A stretch of DNA of 64,000 bases from an uncultured Peptococcaceae bacterium (GTDB lineage Bacteria; Bacillota; Dehalobacteriia; UBA4068). Each line of letters starts with the position of its first letter. The stretch's first letter is position 1. Below the pieces are notes generated by a model. It searched no databases and was not told the origin of the DNA. It worked only from the letters and a program-made list of their open reading frames with translations. The stretch is taken from positions 5,706 to 69,705 of the forward strand of contig CASEQE010000009.1 of the NCBI GenBank assembly GCA_949289995.1, read 5' to 3'. Positions 49,148 through 58,395 of this stretch are shown here, one piece after another. The position numbers and the translations under genes were made by a program.

Positions 49148-49927
49148 TTAGAGGTTGTCTTGGTTCATGACGGCAATTTCCTGGCGTAACTGCCGCAAAG
49201 CCTTTTTTTCCAAACGAGATATTTGCACCTGGGACACGCCCATTTCCCGCGCTACTTCGGCTTGCGTCCAATCTTGATAGTAGCGGCGTTTCAGAATATG
49301 ACTCCAACGAGGAGGTAAAGCGGCCAATAATCGCTCCACGTCTAATTTTTCCAAAATAGTCTCGTCTTCCGCCAAGGTCATATCCTTTAAGCGGGCCAAC
49401 AGTTCGCTAGAAGAACCATCCTGATGTTGATGCGGTTCATGTATGGAAATTAACGGCCGGGATGACTGTACGGCCATGATTACCTGTTCCAAAGGCAAAT
49501 CCAGTGCGGCGGCAATTTGCGATAGAGTGGGCTCCTGTTGCAAACTGCGATATAACGCCTTGCGGGTTTTTTCCACCGCCGCCGCCCGTTCTTTTAACGT
49601 TCTACTAACCGATATAGGTCCATTATCCCGGATATAGCGGCGAATTTCTCCCATGATCAAAGGCACGGCATAGGTAGAAAAACATACCGGGTAGTTTAAA
49701 TCGAATTTATCCACTGCTTTGATCAATCCCAGACAACCGACTTGAAACAAATCTTCCGTATCATGTCCCAAACTGGCATAGCGATGAACAATACTATGCA
49801 CCAGACGTAAATTCGCTTTGATCAACGCCTCTTTTGCATAAAAATCTCCGTTTTGTGCCAATTGTAGCAGCTCGCGGGTTTTATCTTCGGGCAAAAGAGC
49901 ATCTTTTACTACCTGTACCGCAGTCAC
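49148..49927 (-). CDS. sigF: Sporulation sigma factor F
   Basis: Sigma-70 regions 2 and 4 (FSTYAVPLIMGEIRRYIRD, EVAREMGVSQVQISRLEKKALRQLR). Apparent GTG start directly after the spoIIAB stop. Third gene of a spoIIAA-AB-AC operon. Confidence 0.9.
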   Translation of the reverse strand: MTAVQVVKDALLPEDKTRELLQLAQNGDFYAKEALIKANLRLVHSIVHRYASLGHDTEDLFQVGCLGLIKAVDKFDLNYPVCFSTYAVPLIMGEIRRYIRDNGPISVSRTLKERAAAVEKTRKALYRSLQQEPTLSQIAAALDLPLEQVIMAVQSSRPLISIHEPHQHQDGSSSELLARLKDMTLAEDETILEKLDVERLLAALPPRWSHILKRRYYQDWTQAEVAREMGVSQVQISRLEKKALRQLRQEIAVMNQDNL

Positions 49928-50377
49928 TTATAGAAAATCCTTATGTAAAACCACGGTAGTACCGGCGCCGGGCAAGGAGGTTACCTCTACGCCGTCCATA
50001 AACGAGCGCATAAACGCAAAGCCTAAACCCATCCTTTCGCCGCTGCTGGAAAAGTTGGCTTTCATCGCTTGCTCAATATCAGCGATCCCCACGCCGTCAT
50101 CGTGTACAGATATGGACAAACGTTGCGTAGTTAATTTGAGCGTCATGGTGATTAAACAATCTTCTTTGCCTTGATAACCGTGAATAATGGCATTGGAAAC
50201 CGCTTCGCTAACCGCCACTTTCAGCTCGTCCAATTCTGCGATACTAATTTGTCGTTCCGCCGCCATAGCCGAAGCCACAAGCCTAGCTAAAGAAACGTTT
50301 TCACTGCGACTAAAAAACTCCAATTTGACCACATTCGCCGATTTAACGGGTAATTTATGATGTAACATCTCGTTCAT
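49928..50377 (-). CDS. spoIIAB: Anti-sigma F factor (serine kinase)
   Basis: HATPase_c motifs (EAVSNAIIHGY, DDGVGI, GLGFAFM), 149 aa. TAATG overlap with spoIIAA. Confidence 0.9.
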   Translation of the reverse strand: MNEMLHHKLPVKSANVVKLEFFSRSENVSLARLVASAMAAERQISIAELDELKVAVSEAVSNAIIHGYQGKEDCLITMTLKLTTQRLSISVHDDGVGIADIEQAMKANFSSSGERMGLGFAFMRSFMDGVEVTSLPGAGTTVVLHKDFL

Positions 50378-50730
50378 TATTTTTCCTCCTTGGCAAAATG
50401 CCCGCCAATCGGCAATTCCACTTCGATGAGGCGGTCTAATCCAGAAGCGGTTAGCAAGCGGTAAACTTGATCGTTGGCATGACGAATAATTATTCTTCCG
50501 CCTGTTAAAGCCAATTCCCGATAGCGGCCCATCAATACCCCTAGCCCAGAACTATCGATAAAGCTAACTCGCGAAAAATCCAACATCAGATAGCGAGTAC
50601 GGCTTTTGGCTAAGGCAGCCTTCAATTTATCTTTAAACTGATCCGCGGCGGACAAATCCAATTCGCCGCTTACCGCGACCACCAACCAATCCCGTCCTTG
50701 ATATTTTTTGCTTTCCGTTTGAAAATCCAT
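50377..50730 (-). CDS. spoIIAA: Anti-sigma F factor antagonist (STAS domain)
   Basis: STAS fold with phosphorylatable Ser context (DSSGLGVL). Start at MDFQTESKK after GGAGG. Confidence 0.85.
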   Translation of the reverse strand: MDFQTESKKYQGRDWLVVAVSGELDLSAADQFKDKLKAALAKSRTRYLMLDFSRVSFIDSSGLGVLMGRYRELALTGGRIIIRHANDQVYRLLTASGLDRLIEVELPIGGHFAKEEK

Positions 50731-50757
50731 AACGTCCTCCTGGTCTTTCGCTTTTCC

Positions 50758-50795
50758 CAAGATTCATTCTTGCCCGTTCCATGTCTTTCCTGCCG
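50758..50795 (-). promoter_or_regulatory. Putative sigma-H-type promoter for the spoIIA operon
   Basis: Minus strand has AGGAAAG followed about 18 nt later by GAAT, loosely matching RNAGGAWWT-N-RNNGAATWW. The spacing is non-ideal. Confidence 0.2.
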
Positions 50796-51064
50796 TAAAA
50801 AAACAGAAATAAAAGCAAAAATTTGCTAGTTTTGTCCCATTTTTGCTATATTTTTATAAACAGTATTTGGTTTCTTCGCATTTATTTGCCGAGGATAAAT
50901 TCGGCCGAAACAAGCAAGATATATAAGACCGCCGCCATTAAAAAATGGTATATGGCGAAAGCAGGTAAAACGTTTGCCGGCCGTTTTGCCATTGAGGGTT
51001 ATGTAATTTTTGCCATAATCCTAAAAAATTTTGCGGCGGAAAATAAATTGAAAGGAGGAAACCT

Positions 51065-52141
51065 TTGTATACGAAAAAATACGCAATAAACAAATTGCAC
51101 GCTGAAAAAATTTGCGCCTTGTTTTTGGCGTTAGCTTTGACGTTGGCCGGATGGTCGATGCCAGCTGTTGCCGCCGATGGCGCAATGCCTCACGTTTATG
51201 TAGGCGGACAATCCATCAGTATTTTTCTGCACAATCAGGGCGTCACCGTAGTGGGTTTTGCGCCAGTAATCACGGCAGACGGACAAGAAGTCAATCCTGC
51301 GGTAGATGCGGGATTGCAAATGGGCGATTATATTAGTGAGATCAACGGTAAAACAATTAACAGCCAGCAGCAACTGACGGAAATCATTAGCCAATGGACG
51401 GCGGAAGATCCGCCGCTGGAGCTGCTTTACAGCCGCAACGGCGAACGGGATGTCGCCTGGGTAACGCCGGTCTTTTGCAGCCAAAATCAATGTTATCGTA
51501 TCGGCTTATATGTGCGGGATAATACCGCCGGTATTGGTACGTTAACCTTTTATGAACCTCAAAGCGGCGTTTACGGCGCTTTAGGACATCAGGTCAGCAA
51601 TGCGGATCAAGATAGCGGTGAAGATGCTTTAGGCTCTATCGGTAGAGCGCCTATTTCGGGGATACGTATCGGTAAAGCCGGTTCCCCCGGTGAAAAAATG
51701 GGCGTATTCATCGCCGAGCCTACCGGCGTAGTGCAAGAAAACACGGTATACGGCCTATTTGGTATTTTATACCAAACGCCCCAACCGCTTTATTATTCCC
51801 AAACCATGCCGTTGGCACAAGTAAACGAAGTCACCACAGGCCCCGCCGAATTATTGACGGTAATCGACGGGGAAGAAATTGAATCCTTTACCATTAATAT
51901 TGTCAAAATTAACGCAAATTATAAGTCCAGCGGCAAAGGTATGGTCATAGAAATTACCGACGATGAATTGATTGAAAAAACTGGCGGTATCATCCAGGGT
52001 ATGTCTGGTTCGCCAATTATTCAAAACGGTAAGTTGGCCGGCGCAGTAAGCCATGTATTTGTCAACGATCCTTTGCACGGTTATGCCTGCTTTGCACAAT
52101 GGATGTGGGAAAAAGCCGAACCGTTAGAGAATGCGGCGTAA
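51065..52141 (+). CDS. spoIVB: SpoIVB peptidase (S55 serine peptidase with PDZ domain)
   Basis: Signal peptide, PDZ (GLQMGDYISEINGKTI) and catalytic GMSGSPI. Apparent TTG start after GGAGG. Upstream of spo0A, as in Bacillus. Confidence 0.85.
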   Translation: MYTKKYAINKLHAEKICALFLALALTLAGWSMPAVAADGAMPHVYVGGQSISIFLHNQGVTVVGFAPVITADGQEVNPAVDAGLQMGDYISEINGKTINSQQQLTEIISQWTAEDPPLELLYSRNGERDVAWVTPVFCSQNQCYRIGLYVRDNTAGIGTLTFYEPQSGVYGALGHQVSNADQDSGEDALGSIGRAPISGIRIGKAGSPGEKMGVFIAEPTGVVQENTVYGLFGILYQTPQPLYYSQTMPLAQVNEVTTGPAELLTVIDGEEIESFTINIVKINANYKSSGKGMVIEITDDELIEKTGGIIQGMSGSPIIQNGKLAGAVSHVFVNDPLHGYACFAQWMWEKAEPLENAA

Positions 52142-52146
52142 TCGCT

Positions 52147-52181
52147 AGCCGGAGCCATTTTGGCTCCGGCTTTTTCTTTTT
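52147..52181 (+). terminator. Rho-independent terminator after spoIVB
   Basis: AGCCGGAGCC-ATTTT-GGCTCCGGCT followed by TTTTTCTTTT. Confidence 0.8.
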
Positions 52182-52434
52182 GCGCAAAATTTTTATTATC
52201 AATAATTAGTCAAAATCTATCATATTCGACGAATTTTTTAAAGGAAAACTATTTTTTCACCACAAAACAGTTTAAAATAACGACAGTTTTCGAGTAGAAA
52301 AGTCGAAATTTAAATATATTTGTCGTAATAAAAACGGGGTATCTACGAATTATTCTGGAAGGATTTGGGATAGTTACACCGAAAAACTTAGAATATAAGG
52401 CCTTACAAAAAAAATAACTGAAAGCGGGGTACAT

Positions 52435-53202
52435 ATGGAGAAAATCATAAAAATATTAATCGTCGATGACGATAGAATCTTCGCTTCGGCATTAGAAGAA
52501 TATTTCTCCTCTTTAGATAACTATCAAGTATGCGCGAATGCAGAAAACGGACAAAAGGGCCTAGAGTTAATTGAAAAATATCATCCGGACGTGGTCATCT
52601 TGGATTTGGTTATGCCTCATTTGGATGGCATAGGCGTCCTCGAAGCTTTAAACTCCAATCCCTTATCCGATATGCCGCACATCATTTTTATCACTTCCTT
52701 TGCGCAAGCCAACTTAACCAAAAAGGCCATGGAACTAGGCGCAGCTTACTACATGATGAAACCTTTTGATTTAGATACCTTGGAAAAAAGAATACGCCAA
52801 ATTACCCATGTCAATGAAGCCGAAGTCATTACCGTGGGCAAAACAGCGAATATGGAAGTAGAAGTCACTCGAATCATTCACCAAATGGGCGTTCCAGCTC
52901 ATGTCAAAGGATATCAATACCTGCGTGACGCCATTTTATTGGTTACGAAAGAAGTCAATCTAATGGGCGCCGTAACTAAAGAATTATATCCGATGATTGC
53001 GGATAAATACAATACGACCGCCTCCAGAGTGGAACGGGCAATTCGCCACGCCATTGAATTGGCTTGGGATCGCGGTAATGTAGAAATGATGAATCGTTAT
53101 TTCGGATATACCATCAATATCGAAAGAGGAAAACCTACCAACTCGGAATTTATAGCGATGATCGCCGATAAACTGCGTATGGGCGATAAAATGGTTATGT
53201 AA
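52435..53202 (+). CDS. spo0A: Sporulation master response regulator Spo0A
   Basis: REC domain (ILIVDDD...[14 protein letters not shown]) plus the Spo0A_C DNA-binding domain ([14 protein letters not shown]). Confidence 0.95.
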   Translation: MEKIIKILIVDDDRIFASALEEYFSSLDNYQVCANAENGQKGLELIEKYHPDVVILDLVMPHLDGIGVLEALNSNPLSDMPHIIFITSFAQANLTKKAMELGAAYYMMKPFDLDTLEKRIRQITHVNEAEVITVGKTANMEVEVTRIIHQMGVPAHVKGYQYLRDAILLVTKEVNLMGAVTKELYPMIADKYNTTASRVERAIRHAIELAWDRGNVEMMNRYFGYTINIERGKPTNSEFIAMIADKLRMGDKMVM

Positions 53203-53251
53203 AAAGCTTCGTTTTAACATATAATAGATGAATATTTTCGCATTGATCACC

Positions 53252-53303
53252 GCCGCTTTCTCTGCTATACTATATCGTATGGGAAAGCGGCTATATTATT
53301 TCT
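53252..53303 (+). terminator. Possible terminator after spo0A
   Basis: A 9-bp stem (GCCGCTTTC / GAAAGCGGC) with a 22-nt loop, followed by a T-rich tract. The long loop lowers confidence. Confidence 0.35.
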
Positions 53304-53331
53304 CCAAAAAAAAGGAAGAAGGATCGTCGGC

Positions 53332-54780
53332 ATGGATAAAAATCATTTAAGTTTATTATGCGATTACTACGAATTAACTATGAGCAACGGGTATTACGCC
53401 CATAATTTACATGAAAAAACCACCTACTTTGATCTATATTTTCGTCAGATACCTGATGGAGGAGGCTATGCAATCACAGCTGGTTTGCAGCAATTAATCG
53501 AATATATTGAAAATCTGCATTTTGATCAAGAAGATATTGCTTTTTTAAGACAAAAAAATATTTTTTCTAATGATTTTTTAAATTATTTGGCCAACTTTCA
53601 TTTCAGTGGTGATATTTATGCGATTCCTGAAGGAACTCCGGTATTTCCCGGTGAACCGTTGGTAATCGTCAAAGCACCCGCTGCCCAAGCTCAATTAATT
53701 GAAACCTATGCTTTACTTACGTTTAATCATCAATCCTTAATCGCCACCAAAGCCAATCGTATCGTGCGTGCTGCAAAAGGCCGCCCGGTGATGGAATTTG
53801 GTTCCCGCCGGGCACAAGGCGCGGACGCCGCCACTATCGGCGCGCGTGCCGCATATATCGGCGGCTGCGCCGCCACCGCTTGCACGCTCACCGACGCCAT
53901 CTATGGCGTACCAGCTAGCGGCACCATGGCCCATGCCTGGGTACAGATGTTTGAAAATGAATACGAGGCTTTTAAAGCCTATTGCCAAATCTATCCCCAC
54001 AACGCCACTTTATTGGTGGATACCTATAATACGCTAAAAAGCGGCGTACCCAATGCAATTCGCGTTTTTAAAGAAATTCTCTTGCCACAAGGTATTAAAA
54101 AATGCGCCATACGTTTGGACTCCGGAGATTTAGCCTTTCTGTCTCGTAGCGCCAGAAAAATGCTGGATGATGCCGGCCTGCCATTTTGCCAAATTGTGGC
54201 TTCAAATGCATTAGATGAATGGTTGATTCGTGATTTATTGGTACAAGGTGCACAAATTGACAGCTTTGGCGTAGGTGAAAAATTAATCACTGCTCGTAGT
54301 GAACCAGTTTTTGGCTGTATCTACAAATTGGTAGCTACAGAAGACGAAAGCGGCCAAATTATCCCCAAAATCAAAATCTCCGAAAACGTATCGAAAATTA
54401 CCACGCCCCACTTTAAAAAAGTATATCGTCTATATGAAAAAAACAGTGGCAAAGCAATTGCTGATCAGATTTGCGTATATGATGAAACCATAGATGAAAA
54501 TAAACCATTAGAAATTTTTGATCCCCTGGCTCCTTGGAAACGTAAAACTGTCAGCGATTTTACTGTAAAAGAATTGTTGGTTCCTATTTTTATTCATGGA
54601 AAAAAAGTATACCAACAGCCTTCTTTATCCCAAATCCAAGCTTATTGCAAGCAGCAAATTGATACGTTATGGGATGAAGTGAAACGTTTCGAATATCCCC
54701 ATCACTATTATGTGGATTTATCCCAAAAGTTATGGGATATTAAGCAAAAACTATTATATCAACAAACGCAACAAGCATAA
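53332..54780 (+). CDS. pncB: Nicotinate phosphoribosyltransferase
   Basis: 482 aa NAPRT family (YELTMSNGYY, MEFGSRRAQG, GTMAHAWVQMF). Confidence 0.85.
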   Translation: MDKNHLSLLCDYYELTMSNGYYAHNLHEKTTYFDLYFRQIPDGGGYAITAGLQQLIEYIENLHFDQEDIAFLRQKNIFSNDFLNYLANFHFSGDIYAIPEGTPVFPGEPLVIVKAPAAQAQLIETYALLTFNHQSLIATKANRIVRAAKGRPVMEFGSRRAQGADAATIGARAAYIGGCAATACTLTDAIYGVPASGTMAHAWVQMFENEYEAFKAYCQIYPHNATLLVDTYNTLKSGVPNAIRVFKEILLPQGIKKCAIRLDSGDLAFLSRSARKMLDDAGLPFCQIVASNALDEWLIRDLLVQGAQIDSFGVGEKLITARSEPVFGCIYKLVATEDESGQIIPKIKISENVSKITTPHFKKVYRLYEKNSGKAIADQICVYDETIDENKPLEIFDPLAPWKRKTVSDFTVKELLVPIFIHGKKVYQQPSLSQIQAYCKQQIDTLWDEVKRFEYPHHYYVDLSQKLWDIKQKLLYQQTQQA

Positions 54781-54888
54781 TTATACTATAAAACATATCC
54801 AATAAAGCTTTCATCCGCTTGCCAGTAAAAACCAGGCGCTACAGCCGCCACCTTCCCTATTCCCCCATCCGTTTGCTTCATAGTTCAG

Positions 54889-54950
54889 ACCGTTTTCCAA
54901 GACAAAGGCGGTATTACGTCTGTAAACCTCATGGAAAACGGTTTGTTTTA
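54889..54950 (+). terminator. Long-stem hairpin terminator after pncB
   Basis: An 11-bp stem (ACCGTTTTCCA / TGGAAAACGGT) with a structured loop, followed by TTGTTTTAT. Confidence 0.5.
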
Positions 54951-55073
54951 TCACCAGAATTAAGCGCGCAAGCCCTTTTGGTAATCCATGGATTTTACAG
55001 CAAAAAAAAGACATACTGGGAAAGCGGTTTCAAAAATATTGTATTTTCGATAACTAGACAAAAGGGAGAAAGA

Positions 55074-56030
55074 TTGAAAATAAAAAAGAGATATATTTTT
55101 CTGCCGTGTACTGCCATTTTGCTCCTTTTTATGTGGATAAATAATACAAGCCTATTTTGCGATAGTTCAGGTGAATATAGCTTTTTGGCACATCGAGGTT
55201 TAGCACAAAACTTTGACGTTTCAGAAGTAGAATGGGATACCAACACCGCTGCAATTATAGATGAACCCCAACACCCCTATTTGGAAAACACATTGGAATC
55301 CATGGAAATCGCCTTTGCCTATAACGCGCAATGCGTAGAATTAGATATACAATTAACCAAAGATGGTTACCTGGCAATTTTTCATGATTATGATTTAAGT
55401 ATGAGAACGGATGGAAAAGGATCGGTTTCTGATTGGACAATGGAGGAACCAAAACGATTGGATGTAGGATATGGATATACTGCCGATGGAGGAGAAACAT
55501 ATCCATTTCGTGGTAAAGGCGTTGGAGTCATGCCAGAACTGCAGGAGGTATTAGATGCTTTTCCAGATAAAGAACTATTGATTCATATGAATCATGGAGA
55601 TGTGAAAACGGCAGAAGCGCTATGGACATATTTGCAAAATATGTCTGACGAACGTCTACAGCAAATTGCGGTTTACGGTAATGACGAAGGATTAGATTAT
55701 TTAAGAGAACAATATGCAAATATAAGAGTATTATCTGCCGAACGCCTAAAAAAGGCTTTATTAAAATATGAATTACTAGGGTGGACAGGATATATCCCAA
55801 ATGAAATTCAAAATATGGAAATTCATATTCCTATAAAATATGCAAAATTCCTATGGAGATGGCCCAAAAAATTCGTTGCAAGAATGGCGTCGGTAAATAC
55901 GAAAGTGGTTGTCGTAGAAGGCAACGGAAAATGGTCGGAAGGATTTGATACAAAAGAGTCTCTTGAGAACATACCGGAAGGTTATTCGGGATATGTATGG
56001 ACAAATAGAATAGACTTAGTTACAGAATAA
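55074..56030 (+). CDS. Glycerophosphodiester phosphodiesterase-family protein, probable lipoprotein/secreted
   Basis: GDPD motifs (HRGLAQN..ENTLESM, VELDIQLTKDGYLAIFHD). Proposed TTG start at 55074 after GGGAGA. The in-frame stretch from 54819 is intergenic and contains the pncB terminator. Confidence 0.55.
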   Translation: MKIKKRYIFLPCTAILLLFMWINNTSLFCDSSGEYSFLAHRGLAQNFDVSEVEWDTNTAAIIDEPQHPYLENTLESMEIAFAYNAQCVELDIQLTKDGYLAIFHDYDLSMRTDGKGSVSDWTMEEPKRLDVGYGYTADGGETYPFRGKGVGVMPELQEVLDAFPDKELLIHMNHGDVKTAEALWTYLQNMSDERLQQIAVYGNDEGLDYLREQYANIRVLSAERLKKALLKYELLGWTGYIPNEIQNMEIHIPIKYAKFLWRWPKKFVARMASVNTKVVVVEGNGKWSEGFDTKESLENIPEGYSGYVWTNRIDLVTE

Positions 56031-56290
56031 CATTTTTCAGCCTCTTCGGGGTTGAGTGGGACAGAAACTTATTAAGGAGAAACGAAAAGCATTTTACATA
56101 ACAAACCATTCGTTACAAACCATTCGTTGGCAAAAGAACTGTAAATGATTTTAAATTGTCAAACGCATTCCCGAATAGTTTTAACATTCGAAAATGCGCA
56201 AGGCGTCGTGAATCGTATGGAGATCTTCCGTCTGGCGATAAACAAAACCGCAAAAGCCCGAAACTTTTAACATCAGACCTTGCATGCGAA

Positions 56291-56337
56291 AAAAGAACCG
56301 CAGCTTTGATACTTTATGATCAAAACTGCGGTTCTTT
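56291..56337. terminator. Bidirectional rho-independent terminator, ending tRNA-Sec transcription on the minus strand
   Basis: AAGAACCGCAG-loop-CTGCGGTTCTT, flanked by an A-run on the 5' side and a T-run on the 3' side. Confidence 0.7.
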
Positions 56338-56434
56338 TGGCGGAAGCGTGTGGGAATCGAACCCACCCAAGACGGGCGTACCGCCTCGCGTCGGATTTGA
56401 AGTCCGCGTCAGCCACCAGGCCAAATCCGCCCCC
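56338..56434 (-). tRNA. selC: tRNA-Sec (selenocysteine tRNA, anticodon UCA) candidate
   Basis: 97 nt. The 3' end ACGCTTCC-G-CCA is identical in form to the E. coli selC 3' end. 5-bp T-stem with GGTTCGATTCC. Anticodon loop CTTCAAA. 6-bp D-stem with a 4-nt D-loop. Long variable arm. 8-nt acceptor with two G·U pairs and one G×A mismatch. selA lies directly upstream. Confidence 0.65.
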
Positions 56435-56527
56435 ATAAAATATCCTATATAGAAACAAGCGGTAAAATCCCCTATTTATCCCATATGAAAGCTTTTCCGC
56501 CGCATAAAATTATCGAGAATCAACCGT

Positions 56528-57916
56528 TCATTCCACAGTACCGCAAATATGCTGCAAGGAAGCGGCAAAATCCTCCATATCATGGGCGCTTAGCGTCCGT
56601 GGATCGACAATAATCCGTTCTTTACGAATATAAACGATCGCCGGCGGCTCGCCTAAACGCAAAGCTTCGGCCAAATCGGCAGCATGAAAACGATTATGTT
56701 TTAACGACAGAGCATAACCAGGCAAACGCACTTGCGGTAGACTACCCCCGCCAACCTCCGTCTGAATTTGTTCCTCTTCAATCGTCAAACCGCGACAATT
56801 TGCCAACATCTTTCGGAGAAGCGTACACTTTTGCTGCAACTGTGACAAATCCTCTCCCAGCATAGCCAGCAAAGGGATTTCCATACATCGCCCCTGGCGG
56901 TATAACTGTAAAGTAGCGCTCAATGCCGCCAGAGCGAGCTTATCCGGACGCAATATCCGATATAACGGATTTTCTTGAATCGTTTGCAGCCATGTTTTTT
57001 TGCCCAAAATAATACCAGCCTGAGGACCGCCTAATAGCTTATCGCCGCTGATGGTGATCACGTCCGCCGTATGAACCATCTGGCGCAGCAAAGGTTCCTG
57101 ATCCGCCAACCAAGACGCCGCCGGATATAGACAACCGCTGCCCAAATCGGCCAATACAGGCAGGCCGCATGACTCGGCCAAAGCTTTTAACGCCTGCAAA
57201 TCCACAGACTGCACAAATCCTACCTGTTGGAAATTGCTTTGATGTACCCACAACAACAACGCAGTACGCTCGGTAATTTGACGCTGATAATCCTCCACAT
57301 AGGTTTTATTGGTACAGCCCACTTCGCGCAAAATAGCGCCGCTGCGGCAAATAATATCAGGAAGACGAAACGAACCGCCGATTTCTACCATCTGGCTACG
57401 CGAAATAATTACCTCGCCACCGCAAGCCAAAGCGTTTAAAGCTAAAAATACGGCGGCAGCATTATTGTTCACCACACAAGCATCCTCTGCGCCGCTTAAA
57501 TCGCATAACAACTCGATAATTTCTTGTCCCCGCCGGCTGCGTTTACCATTGACCAAATCCAATTCCAAATTACAATAGCCGGAAGCGCATTCCCGTATCG
57601 CCTCCAATGCAGCCTGGGCTAAAGGGGCACGCCCTAAATTGGTATGCAAAGGCACGCCTGTGGCGTTTAACACTTTACGCAAAGGCGGAATGGTCTTTCG
57701 TTTATAGATCTGTTGCGCTTTTGCCACTGCCAACGCCAATAGCTGGGATGAATCCAATGCCTGTTCCTGGCCCTGCAATAAATCCTGGCGCAACGAAGCT
57801 ACCGCTTCCCGGCAAGCTTCGCTAAGCAAAGCCGGATTACAAGCGCTGCCCATTTTTTGCTGCACTTGCAGCATAGTCTTATCTACGCCGGGTAAATCTC
57901 GTAAATTCATACGCAT
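56528..57916 (-). CDS. selA: L-seryl-tRNA(Sec) selenium transferase
   Basis: Strong similarity to E. coli SelA motifs (LGRAPL, GAEDACVVNNNAAAV, VEIGGSFR, SGDKLLGGPQAGII with PLP-Lys, RPDK). The start may be the third codon (ATG 57910), which has a better RBS. Confidence 0.9.
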   Translation of the reverse strand: MRMNLRDLPGVDKTMLQVQQKMGSACNPALLSEACREAVASLRQDLLQGQEQALDSSQLLALAVAKAQQIYKRKTIPPLRKVLNATGVPLHTNLGRAPLAQAALEAIRECASGYCNLELDLVNGKRSRRGQEIIELLCDLSGAEDACVVNNNAAAVFLALNALACGGEVIISRSQMVEIGGSFRLPDIICRSGAILREVGCTNKTYVEDYQRQITERTALLLWVHQSNFQQVGFVQSVDLQALKALAESCGLPVLADLGSGCLYPAASWLADQEPLLRQMVHTADVITISGDKLLGGPQAGIILGKKTWLQTIQENPLYRILRPDKLALAALSATLQLYRQGRCMEIPLLAMLGEDLSQLQQKCTLLRKMLANCRGLTIEEEQIQTEVGGGSLPQVRLPGYALSLKHNRFHAADLAEALRLGEPPAIVYIRKERIIVDPRTLSAHDMEDFAASLQHICGTVE

Positions 57917-57958
57917 CCCTATACTTCGGTAATCATCTTACAATTGACCGACCTGCCG

Positions 57959-58357
57959 TTATACATCCTCTACCACGCCGTCTTGCAATTGTTGGTTTTG
58001 CGATCCTGCATAAGGATCCTCTCTTTCCATAGAGCGCCACAAGCGACCAAACAGATAGATTTCCGCCTGTAATACATTGGGATATGGATTCAGCACGACG
58101 CCTTTGCCATCGATAACCGTCACTTGTTCCGGATCGCTATCAGGACGAAAACGGCCGGACAAATGAATGGTATAGCCCATGCCTTGATAAGTTCCGCTAT
58201 TTTCATCTGCGCTTTCCTCAAGGGTTTGGGTAAAAATCGGCTTTTTATAATCCCGAAACACACGATTATAATCGTTAATCACTAAAGTACCCCAAGTGAT
58301 AACTGCTAAAAACAGTAATCCAACTACAGATAAAGCAACAATTTTTCCTTTTTTCAT
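57959..58357 (-). CDS. Hypothetical N-terminally membrane-anchored protein
   Basis: 132 aa with one N-terminal TM helix and RBS AAGGAGG. No recognised domain. Confidence 0.45.
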   Translation of the reverse strand: MKKGKIVALSVVGLLFLAVITWGTLVINDYNRVFRDYKKPIFTQTLEESADENSGTYQGMGYTIHLSGRFRPDSDPEQVTVIDGKGVVLNPYPNVLQAEIYLFGRLWRSMEREDPYAGSQNQQLQDGVVEDV

Positions 58358-58395
58358 AAAACCTCCTTAGGGTAATGCCCGCAACATATCGATTT

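Noticed and set aside
54819-55073. N-terminal 85 codons of the 403-aa ORF upstream of the GDPD domain
   Set aside because: This segment contains the pncB terminator hairpin and has no RBS at 54819. A TTG at 55074 with GGGAGA upstream gives a signal-peptide-bearing protein of normal GDPD size.
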